From Amphiscolops sp. MND2022 (taxonomy: Eukaryota), in contig OZ076409.1 in the NCBI GenBank assembly GCA_964187785.1, positions 67,270,001 through 67,334,000 of the forward strand: a stretch of 64,000 bases of DNA. Reading direction: 5' to 3'. This document shows positions 25,537 to 36,839 of the stretch, one piece after another. Within the stretch, counting starts at the first letter, position 1. Each line of letters starts with the position of its first letter. A program made the translations under genes and the position numbers. The notes below the pieces were generated by a model. That model was given only the letters and a program-made list of their open reading frames with translations, was not told the origin of the DNA and made no database searches.

Positions 25537-27764
25537 CAGGGATTGGAAACAAATAATTTAAATAGTATTGTTGACTGGCAATCAATTATTTTATTGCTTT
25601 TTTGAGTAAAATAAACAATTGCAATTATTGCAATTATTTTTCTCCCGGAAAAATTATTTTAATGAAAAAGTAAATTGTAAAAACGGAGAAGTAAAATGTA
25701 AAGTAAACTGAAAACTGAGTCTAGCGTAAATCTACGATTGATTGAGCAGTTTCTCAACATCTTTCACTCCAAAACTCTCGATTTGCTTTAAGAAAAAGTA
25801 ACATTTCAAGACGAAGCGGGCTGGTTCGCATTCGTAGCTCCCCCAAAATTAGCTTCGCCGCGCTGAATAAACGTTCTGCTTTGTTTGAAGTACCAGGGAC
25901 CCATTTGAAGTCCGATTCAGCGACTTTTCGTCGTTTGTTATCCAAAATTTGCTCGGCAAAGCTCATTTCCGACGAGTCCGATTGAATCACCGCCATCCCA
26001 CCCAAATCACCAATAGCGGTTTTCTCTGCGTCGGTAAGGTTACTCTTTGCGTTGCCTTCGGACAGCTTGACAATCGCGCTCTCAAAATTAGCGGACACAA
26101 CTATTGAAGCGTTTGCGTTGAGATGCGATGCAGTTTGTGGAAATTTCTCTATTACAGCATCAAACAATGCTCTAATCTCAAACAGGCTCAGTTTGTCATT
26201 TTGCAATTTCAAAGTAATCGAGTCAAGTTTCTTCAGGTCTTCATAGACACATTCGATTTCAATCTTTTCTATAGCAGTTGGCAAGAATTCTGCAATTTCG
26301 GGATTAGTCACATCAAGAAAAAGATAAAGTTCCAGGAAGCGAGAAATCATTTTGAATGCAGACGACCACCTTGTTTGGTTTCGCATCACAGGTCGTAAAT
26401 CGGTTTTCATCCGTAAAGCGGCTGCGTTCTTCAATGTACAGAGCCTTTTCATAAGACTGTAAATCTTCTGTAAAATTTCCTCGTAGCCAGCAAGAATATG
26501 GTTTACAGCTAGATTGAAGAGATGACTGGCGCAGCCAATCATCGGTACTTTCAGAATTCTTGAAATTGCTTTGTTGCGATTTTCGTTGTCGCAAACAATA
26601 AATCCAATGTTATTGCGGCTTTTCCCAAAAATGGCCAATGTTGCATCAATAAATTGGACATGACTATCTGCCGTAAGGTCTTCTTCGTTTAAGAGAGGAG
26701 CAAATGCAAGTAATGGACTTTTCTGTCCTCCTAAACAGAAACTTGGAAAATCACCAAATTCCACCAAAAAATCAAAATGACTGGTATCCGTATGCATGAG
26801 CATGGTAGGATCGGACCGACTGACTTTTATCGAAGATAATATTTGTGATAAGATAGTTTACACCCCTGCAATTAATTGTACAATTAATTGCAATTAATTG
26901 CTTTATGAAACAAATTTGCAAGAAAATTAAAAATGTACCTTGATGTTCATAAACAGCAAAAACACCAAGGTAATGAGTGCTACCATCAGTCCAACCGTCA
27001 ATGATGAGTCCAAACTTTGTCGGCAAACTGCTAGCAACCGAATTCTCCACCTCACGTTCCAATTTGTACATGTACTCTTGTAGAGTTTTCCCAGTAACAA
27101 GATCCAAGTTCGTACACTTCTTTACCAAATCAGAATCCGGAAACAAAAATTCGCGTGCTCCAGTAATGATCCAATCGATCCAGCAATAAATATTGTTGGC
27201 CTTCCTCGTGGCAGCCATTCCCGTCGAATTCGTAATAACGGTGTTAGTCTCCATGACGTGATGTGCATGATCAGGATGATCTGATTGAATATGGTTCAAT
27301 AAATTGCTGTAACCTGCGCCGTCTTTCTGCTTTCGCTTCCGTTCACATTTACATTTGTACTCGTTTGGTGCGACTTTTGTAAAGTATGACTTGACTAAAG
27401 CCTTCTTCGATAATGACTGTGGCATTTTATTTAATTTCTTGTAACAAAAGAGGTGGTGTCTGACTGTGATGTGTGTATGATGCAATGCAAACAATCCGGC
27501 ATTGAAAGTTGGCAAATTAAACACGTGATTTCCCGCTGTGCAAATATTGACCACAACACATCACGCTCTGAAAATTTCTGCGTCACTCAATGCAATGCGT
27601 TAGGCCTGTATATATTGAAATCATTATAAAAAGTTATTGACAATTTTTGGTAAAATTATTTTTTTCAGAAAATAAATTATTGTTATTTCTGAAGGCCAAA
27701 AATAAATAATTTCAATAAATTTATTGCAATTATTTTTTTCGCAATAAATACTTTCCAATCCCTG
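25537..27764 (-). mobile_element. hAT DNA transposon, full-length, apparently autonomous (2228 bp)
   Basis: Perfect 13-bp TIRs CAGGGATTGGAAA, perfect 8-bp TSD GATTCAAT (25529-25536 / 27765-27772), and subterminal ATTGCAATTA/TTATT motifs. Confidence 0.97.
25754..27425 (-). CDS. hAT transposase, 2 exons (27425-26939 and 26730-25754), 487 aa
   Basis: A 208-bp phase-1 GT-AG intron (26938-26731) joins the two frames as HYLGVFAVYEHQG|GQKSPLLAFAPL. BED finger (YKCKC..NLLNHIQSDH), DDE residues (IIDGW, VCDN, AERLFS), CASH, TRWSS and a C-terminal dimerisation motif are present. Confidence 0.9.
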
Positions 27765-27979
27765 GATTCAATACCAAAAAATATCGAAAAATTCAACGAA
27801 GAATCATCATTGAGAGCATCATCGCTACTAGTAAAATGCAAGTTTTTACACTTTCTCTGGATTGAGGCGATTTCTGATGTCCTTTCTGATGCACTTATAT
27901 AGAGGCAGAAACTATGGGTGAGTTGTTAACATTTGACCAACCATCCAAGCGCAACTGAATTCAATAAAAATTGTGGTGT

Positions 27980-28315
27980 TGTATTTGCTCAAATCTCATT
28001 GGCTACGAAAAAAACACATTGTTTTACTTGAATACTGAGTCTGTTTTAAAACGTTTGTAACAATTTATTTGAACAAAATTTTAACTGCAAAACTGAAATT
28101 CAGAGATTTTTTACGTTGATTACCAACATTTTTTGATTAAAATCCTGTAAACTATGCATGTTACAATTGCTTTAGATTCTAACTTAATTAAGTTCAATTT
28201 TCATTATACTCGTTTCAATATAAAAATTCGTATTAAATTTATAAGATGCTTTCCCAGCAAAAGTATTCATTTTCGAGATAACGTTCATTGCAGGAGTTTG
28301 AAGAGAAGCATAATT
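27980..28315. repeat. Dispersed repeat with an inverted homolog at ~54335-54730
   Basis: ORF-track translations of the two sites are near-identical (VTIALD.NLIKFNF.YTR..KIRIKFIRCFPSK). The upstream TTTGCTCAAATCTCATTGG..TACTGAGTCTGTTTTAAAACG block is also shared. Confidence 0.8.
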
Positions 28316-28702
28316 GAACAGGCTACTCAGAGAGAACAGTTTTATGCATAGTATCGAGAAAGGGAATGAAACGTTGAACATATCGGGTGGAAAATTTTAC
28401 GTTTTTTTTAGAGTTTTTCGTAAACAAAAGATATCATTTTCGGCGGATGGAGTAGTCCCTATCAATATTACAAATTTGCAAATAATGTTTATCAATAGTA
28501 ATATTTTGATACTGTTAGTATAGCCTATCAATGATACAAATTTGCCGAAGGACAACTCAGGTTACGAAACCTTGCTCATAGATCAAAAATTAATGACGTG
28601 AAAAGTTATATTGACAAGCTACAAAAATGTTTGCAGAGCTGATTCCGGAGTACTTTTACATATTATAGATGACTGTTTAAGAATTGTTTGATCACCTGAA
28701 AG

Positions 28703-29178
28703 CAGGGCTAGGTATTATTGTATTGAAATAATATTGAACCGAAAAGATAAATAATCTAATATTTTTCGTCAAAAAAATAGATTTTTTAGATTATCGAAAT
28801 TTTGTTCAATCTCAAAAAAAAGATTATCGAAACAGAAAATTCAATTTTCTTTATCAATTCCGTGTTTATTGACAACAAAATTGATATCATTTATATACCA
28901 AAGTTTCTCGTTACAACCGAGAAAAATTTGGTTTTCAGGGTTAGAAGATTCCAAGCTTTTGCGATAATCATTAAAAACATGCGACATTCTGTTAAAAAGA
29001 CACTTATGCTGTGAGGTATGATGAATAGTTAATCGCACGCCTATTGGTTAGATGATTATCTTATCTGATTATCTTAGGCGTGAAATAGATATTTCAAATC
29101 TCACTTCGATGTAAATAGATATTTCTTATCTATTTACTGTACATCATTTTTCGATAGGCTATCTTTTGCCCAACCCTG
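28703..29178. mobile_element. hAT-type MITE (476 bp)
   Basis: Termini CAGGGCTAGG / reverse complement CAGGGTTGGG, perfect 8-bp TSD CCTGAAAG (28695-28702 / 29179-29186), and GATAA/TTATC-rich subterminal motifs. Confidence 0.9.
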
Positions 29179-29897
29179 CCTGAAAGATACTATCTTGGTT
29201 GGAAGAGATTCCAGTTACCGCTGATTTTCATTTTTTAAATTCATTTGAACAAGTACGACGATGCTATTTATTTCGTACACATGTTAGAAAATCAACTTGG
29301 GATTGTAGTTTTAGGTTCACATAACAAAAACTGTATTTGCACTGTTCTAAAAACATCGGCTAAAAGTTTCATTTCTTCACCAATTCTGTATGGTAATTAT
29401 GCGGATGTTAATTATCTCCGCGTAATTATTAAAAAGGTTGCTAAAAACGAAAAAAAAACAAATGTGAGACTTTCAGACTCAAAAAAAATCACAAAAGTTA
29501 CATTGCGTAAAAAAACCCAATGTTTTTTATGAGGCTCTATGGTATTATTTTTCAAGTTCCCTAGTTGAAAAATTTCACTTTTTTTGCAAAGTTCTTACAG
29601 AAACTTTTGTGAGGAAATGCATTATTTGACACTGACTCTTACAAGATTCTTGCAAAATTTGAGAATTAAAGCTTAAAATGGTAGAAAAAAGTATAAATTT
29701 TACAAAACTCTGGCAAATAACGAGTGAATATTGAAAAAAGTCGTTGTTAACCTAATCATCAGAAGAAAATCATGCGAGCGATAAATGGTACCATTTCCAT
29801 ACTCTCAACCTCAGCTTTTTGCAACAAAAGATCTCAATGCTATCTCTCAAAAAACATTGATTTTAGACTCTATTCTAGTAAAATACTGTCTTATTAA

Positions 29898-30778
29898 CCC
29901 AAGTTGTCTGTCATGGTTCGTTCATGAAAAATCATCCATGATCATGAACTTTTAGACGCATTACTTCTACTTTCATGGAAAATCATGGATGGTCCATGGC
30001 AGGGCATGGCCCCATGGATCATCATCCATGATTTTGACCCATGATTCATCCATGATGAGCCATGTTGAAAATTTCGTTCAAAGTCGAAAATTTTCTCGTA
30101 CTGTGTCAGTTTTTGTCTCTTGTTCTGTCTCTTGTTTCTGAGGGTTACCTTAATGGCCTGTATAGCATTAAGGACGCTTTTCGGCACCGCGTATCCTGAA
30201 GCCGCAAGATAGGTAAGACATTAGTCAGCATTAGGTGGACTTTTGATAGTTTTGGAGATGGTTTTCGATGGAATTGCGGAAGAACGCGTCTTTTCAGATC
30301 AATTTTAGAGACAATGTAGAATTATACTAGTTTGTATCTAGATCAATGCCTCGACCGATTTCGACTTGAATTCTGCAATTTATGATCTAATACCTATGAA
30401 TCGTACTGTAATTTTGTTGACTTCATGTCTTTTTTTCGATAAATCTTGTTACCAAACGCCTCATTTCAGTTCAATTGAGATGTTAGTTTTTTGGGACTCT
30501 TTGCCTTCAGTTAAACGGATGGATTATGCTTCTAACTTCATTTTGTTTCAGCTCAAGTAATGGAGAGTGGTCAAAAAAAGCACCATATCCATTTTTTTGA
30601 AGGCGGTTTAGGCTATCAGAACGGACCGTTTCAAATTTTTTCAGCCATGGCTCATAGATTTCCATCCATGATTCATCCATAATTCATGGATTTCCATTCA
30701 TTACCCATGTCATGGGCCATGGCGAGCCATGAATCATGAACGAATCATGGATGGCGGGCAATGGCGTGACAACCTGGG
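29898..30778. mobile_element. CATG-rich TIR element (MITE-like, superfamily uncertain)
   Basis: CCCAAGTTGTC vs reverse complement CCCAGGTTGTC, a shared subterminal CATG(G/A)TTCGTTCATGA, and dense CCATG/CATGG motifs at both ends. No clean TSD (TTAA on the left only). Confidence 0.55.
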
Positions 30779-33700
30779 AAATCTATTCCATCAAATATTT
30801 TTATTTCTGTACCATTGCCATCTAAACTTTATGACAATCCTCCAAATCTAGACCATTTTCATCATAAATTCATGAGAATCTAGCGCAAAATCAAAACCAA
30901 AATCCTACCAATCTAGCAGCCTCGGGAAACGCGGTGCCGTAAAGCGTCCTCAATTCTACACGGCCATCAAGGTAACCCTGTTAGAGATACAGACTTTCAA
31001 TTCAGATGTTATTCAAAAAAGACACAAAATGAGTCCAAAAAATCTTGAACTAATTTTTTGTCGAAATTACACATCGCATGTTTTGTAAGAATTTTTCACG
31101 AATAGATGCAAATTTTGCAAAAATGTTATCAGTCACTTTCAAGAAATATTCAACGTTGTATCAAATTTGCAAATGTTTCGATTCTTGTACAAAATTGCAA
31201 GATTCTTGTAAGAAATGCATAATTGGTAAGAATTTATGCTGAATTTTGCAAAATTTGTGATTTCCGAAAATTAGGGTTATTCCAAGATATCAAATAATGA
31301 AAGAGAGTAGTACCATTTGACACCTCTGGATGCATATTAGATCTTAGTGTAACTCTGTTCAAAAGTTAGATGAAATAAATGTTTTTACGAAAAAAGAACA
31401 GTGCCGAAAAATACGCAGAGATGTCTGCCTCTGGCCTTTGGTCGTCTCTGCCTTTTCAAAGATGAAAAAGTTTAGCACAGCGCGAGAATCGAAGCAGCGT
31501 AAACCGGTGTTCACGTATGGAAAGTACCTAATAACGTCAAATAGAAAGAACCTTAAATGGAAAGTACGTTTTTATGTGAGAAAACAAAAATAACAAAGAT
31601 GAGTGATACGTAGTGAGGGAATATCGACTAAGGAATGATTGCATGGCTGAAATTGCCACAGCACCAAGAGGTCAAATCAACGAATTTTTGAGTTGAACCA
31701 TAACTTTACCTTACTGAATCACTGAAGATTTAATTCAAGAAAAATCAAGCGACACGTATTTTCTAAAACGATTCGTAGAACGAACTTATGCCGAGTTTCA
31801 TTACCCAGAGTCGAACTTCCAGATATTCTCTGCAAGAACCTGTCAGATTTCACTTGAAAGATTTTGCACGAGGATGCTTCAGCTTTGCAGGTATTTTTAA
31901 TCTATTAGGGTGTGATTGTTCTGTGAGGGTCAACTTGGAACGAAGAGCTCCCATAATATGTGAATCCAGATCCTGATAACAAATGTGTCTTTCCCAAACT
32001 ATATGGTTGAATCAATTAGTCCAATGTTGATGATTTGAAGAAATTGCTTCAAATAGAAATCACTCGATGATTAGTGCAGATGACCACCGAATGTACGACA
32101 TTAAGATTTTTCCCGTCATTGTCAGTAGACAGCATTCTTATAAGAGCTTGATTGGTAGTACACTCGATTTAGACCATCAATCCTGAATGCGATTGAAAAT
32201 GCAGCCAGTCTCAGTTGCATTTCTATTCTGCCATTGTTCTCGCAATCTTCCTCGCGATAATTCTAGGAATGGTGTATTGTAAAAGTGATTTGAGCGTAAA
32301 CCTGAACATTAAACCTGGATTTTCAGCTTTTCAATCCTTAGATCGCGATCCTTCAAACAATGGACATGTCATCTTACATCTGTTGAATCAGTTGCCGCTT
32401 AGTTGTTGTGAAACAGTTTGCGAGAAGATCCCTTAAAACGTAAATTTGTGAGAATTCAGTATTCGTCTCGAATTTCGGCGAGAGGAAAGTTTTCACTAGG
32501 TGCTCAGTAACTCTTGATTGAAATAGTAGTCAAAACAAAATTAGCAGGAGCGCAGTGGTACTGTATTTTTTCAACTTTTTGGGAGATTTAGGAAAACATG
32601 GGTCACATTTTGAAGAAACAAATTTTCCGTATTTAAAAAATAACGGGAAAAATACCCTTTTCAACAAAAATAACAAAATTTATCCGGGTTGTGGCGATAG
32701 CGTTGTCGTCAAAAATAACAATGAATACTTCGATAGATCATTTCACCCGGGACTTTCCAGAGCATCGTCATCTAGAAGTATAGAGGAAATTAGTTAGAAT
32801 TGCACTGTAAATTGTGCAAACTTTCTTATTCGACCCCAATGTTCTGTCCCGCAAGGCCAAAAAGTTTTTAAACAAAATTCATTGTTTTTTACTTTGAAAA
32901 ATCCTCCATTTAAAACAAACTGACTTCAAGTTGCTTTCCTAAATAAATATGAAACCGATAAATTTTACAAGTGGCAAACGTGAAACAAAAATTCCGGAGT
33001 TCCCAGAATCCATTGGATTTTTTCAGTCAATGCCAAAATAAGGTGTGCCAAACCTCTCACTTAGTTTAGATATATTCACTTAATCAAAAAATTCTTTTCT
33101 TTACTAGTTTACTTTCGAAATATCCAAATTGTTCTAGTCGTGACTTGCTATTTCCCAATATTCAAAAATGAAACATCAACGTTTTCTTATACAAAATAGC
33201 CTTTTTTCTGATAGAACAAAAAAAGTTTGAACATTTGCTATATTCAACTTTTTGACGTAGATTTCAAAAAGTTACTTTTAGGTTTCAATGAGACGTCACT
33301 CGTTCTAAAATTTTCGATTGATTGCTATTGACCATCTACATTAGTCACAGTTCGATCGTGCTATATAGCAGCATCATATGATAGCGGCACGTTCCCAATA
33401 AAATCTGTCTTGGTAGTACGATCTGAAACGGAAAGTGTGATGTTACGAAACATCGTAATACTAAAATCGAGATACTATGGAATTAAAAAATAACACTAGC
33501 ATACTTACATGGTAGATCTTTTGCATGGTAAAACGTCATCTACAAGGATTAATAAGATACAAGTTTGCGGAAAGCATTTGGAAAACGCATCCAATGTCCT
33601 TCGAAATCTAAACAAGGACCTCGAAAAAAAAACAGTCGACACTTGGAAAGCTATAGATGAGCACCTACATTGTAAACTCCATATAAAATTAAACGGAGAC

Positions 33701-35862
33701 CCAGTTCCAGTAAAAACATTTTTTATATTCTGATTCTAAGGTTCTTCATTATCTATATCAGAATTTCAAATATCTTCTTTTTTTGTCACTAAATTTGCTG
33801 GAACAAAATGCACAAGTTCTAAAATCAGTGAATTTTTTTTCTAAAATCACTGTAGCATGTGATTCTAGATCACTGGAACAAGATATCAAATCACAAAATT
33901 ATATCGAACATCATTGGAGTAAGATCTAGATCACTGAAGCATGTCGGTTAAAATCTGAAATCACGGTATTCAGAGAAAAATGGGCACAGTATCAAATGAT
34001 TTATGCGCAAAATATAAGATTTAGGAGTAATTTTTGTTACCGCCGTAGTAGAACTGAAAGAATTAGGGCTAACATGTATTTTTAGAGTAGCCTAAAGAAT
34101 CTACAGTCTAATTTTCAAGTTTTAGAATTGAATCCCTGCTATTGAGCAGATCCCTGCTTGATCAATCGATTACAAGTATGATGCAACCGCTCGCCTCGCT
34201 CTATTATCTGGAAGGCCGCAATTAAAATTTTGTCTGGAGGATTGAAGTTTTTCCTTTTTTCTTCTTCGTCCAAAATTCCTTCCCTTTGTTTCAAAACCGT
34301 TAAAAAGCAGTTGAAAGTCACTTTGAATGATTAAAAGTGATAATATTGTTTGGTATTTCATGTTATCTAATTTTTAGACATAAATTACCTAAACCGAGAA
34401 CGCATTTCTGTGTGAAGACATGAATTACATATTGAATGCTTCTGAAAGAACCCTTCAGATAGTTTTCCAGTTAAAGCAGGTTTTTGGAGAAATTGTCTCA
34501 ATATTTAATTTCTATGGATTTTGCAATAGAATCGAGTGGTATTTTCAGTAACAGAAGCGTTCTAAATGGTAAAATAACTTGCAGTTTTGATCGCAAAAAC
34601 CTAATTTCCCTTCTTAATACGTGTAAATTGAAGAAATCTTACCTTTTGGGCCTGATATTCCAAAAACAGTTTATCATTTCCGCAATTCAAATATATCCAT
34701 GGCTGTCGAGTATAATGAAACTTGCCGAAAAAGTGTCGGACAAGTGGTCACAAATTTCAATCAATTTCGAGAAAATTGAGCCTAAAATTGCCCGGGGGAT
34801 GATTTCCTCTCGGGTGATGATGAGGATTACAATCTTGTATATTTCTCAGAAAAACTTTTGCAATTTCCTTTTCACCCACTTCGAATTGCCTTTATTTTGC
34901 TCTTGAACTGAAAAACTGTGCTCCAGTTTCAACTAAAATTTATTGAGAATTTTCCATTTTGTCAATCTGCAACCTCTTCAGAGACCTATATGATTTTTGA
35001 GACGCTGTCAAACGAAGATACTGTAAAATGGAATGTTTTTGAGGACAAATAAAATGTCAATTCACCCATATATTTGTTTAAATATGTTTTCAGCCTCATA
35101 TTCATACCCATATTTGATTAATTCAAACACGTAGAAATCCGGTTTCTGTTTAAAGTAGTGATACATGTATTACTGAAAACAACATAGCACCCGAAAAGAG
35201 AGTAAACAAACAAATTTCCTGATCAAGGTCTCACATGCTTTTTTGATTGGTTGAGAGCTCTTCAAAAACATCTTTTTTTTTAGTTTTTTGAACTTTTAAC
35301 CGACTTACTGTATCAATACGGCTCATTTTTTCAAAGATTTTAGAATGACATCGAAATCAAAACAACAGGGATTTCGGTAAATTGAGGGAGTCGATTGAAC
35401 AGAACTTCTCAAAAATTTGAGCAAAAATAGACCAAAAATGAGAAAAACCCCAATTTTGACCTAAATTTGGCTAAAAATGGCCTATAAAAATCCAAGAAAC
35501 TCTTACTTTTACTATTTTTCAAAAATCACTGCAACTTTTGAGAGGTTCGATTTTGGGACTTGCTTTATGTCGCTTTTCCTAGAATCACGACTGTATAAAC
35601 AACTGCTAAGGCATCATTGTGACAATTGCATTAGCGTAGACAAAAATTCGGTGAAAGCATCAGGAAATTCCACAATATTTACAGGTGAGTTTGCATTGCT
35701 AATGGACAAGGTTTACAGAGCGTATCTTTTGTTCTCTTTTGACCCGTCAATCTCAATTATTATTGACCGATATAAATGCCACAACATTTAGGACGCTTCC
35801 AGGTAAATGGCCGCAAGTTTTCCAGACTGTTATTTCGCAAAGGAGTATATTTGTGAAGAAAA

Positions 35863-35990
35863 TTGCTTCAACTGGAGTTGATTTTGATCGAACGTCGTTC
35901 TATCGCGTACGAAGAAATGATTTAATACTATCTTATTTCTCATTACGCGATAAAATGACATTCGATAAAAATCAACTTCACTTAAATCAA
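35863..35990. repeat. Imperfect long inverted repeat (hairpin)
   Basis: 35876-35909 vs reverse complement of 35944-35977 match at 30/34, extending more weakly outward and inward. Confidence 0.85.
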
Positions 35991-36839
35991 CGTTGCTACT
36001 AATGTTTTTGTCTGAATTTTTTCTTTGACCTATAATCCATAATAGGAAAATAGAAAACTTCATGGAGTGAAATAATTTCATAATTTGATCCCCAACTTAC
36101 AGTGAAAATGACTGCTTTAATTTAAAATCATATTCCTTTTGAATTTTCACATGAGGGCTCAAAAGTTGAAATTTTGCGAAATACTTGAAAGAAATTGTGA
36201 ATGTTTGAATAAAGCAGAGTGCTTCTAAATGGTCTTGTTTGCAACAGTGTTTTCTATGAACTAGCTGTTTGAGGTTATTATATATGAGGACATTTCGTAA
36301 TACTTTTTTCGAAAAGGCATTTCAAAAATATAGGCAAAATCTATACTCTTTTTTAAATCAGAATTAATTTCTTTCGAACCGGAGTCAAAAATTTTCTTCT
36401 TAGGGTTGTATGTCAGAGGAAACACCAAATGAAAAAACCCCGAAAGGAAAAATCGCCCCGGGAAAAGCCCATAGAGAACATTGTTAGAAGAATTAATTCT
36501 CATACTAGCCATAATGTTAAAATTGGTCTAATGATTTGGCCTTCCTCCTTGCGTGGCGTTTTGGGAACCCTTCACAAAGGTCAGCCTTCATCCAAACCAA
36601 TATAAAGCTGAAGATACTAGATCAACCGTAAAAAACAGAACGCATAAAGTCGTACTATTTGTAAACAAGGCCCTGATATTGTTTTTATTATTTTCCGCCC
36701 ATATTCATACGGGTTTTTTTAGAACAAAATTTGCCAAGCACCAAACTTATATTTAACTTTAAGGGTGTTACCCATAGAATTCAACTCACATAAGTTTAGC
36801 TTCGTGCGATTTGTATTTGTGGAGTTTTCTGGACTTTTT

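Noticed and set aside
26772-27554. ORF-track starts at 27554 and 26803 as two separate hAT genes
   Set aside because: A single GT-AG intron joins them in phase into one transposase. The upstream extension before ATG 27425 and the intron read-through are not transposase-like.
28154-28351. Conserved small protein shared with 54291-54527
   Set aside because: The similarity is nucleotide-level repeat homology that extends beyond the ORFs, and starts and stops are not conserved.
33500-33516. U1 snRNA-like 5' end (ATACTTACATGGTAG)
   Set aside because: Similarity stops after about 15 nt, with no U1 stem-loops or Sm site.
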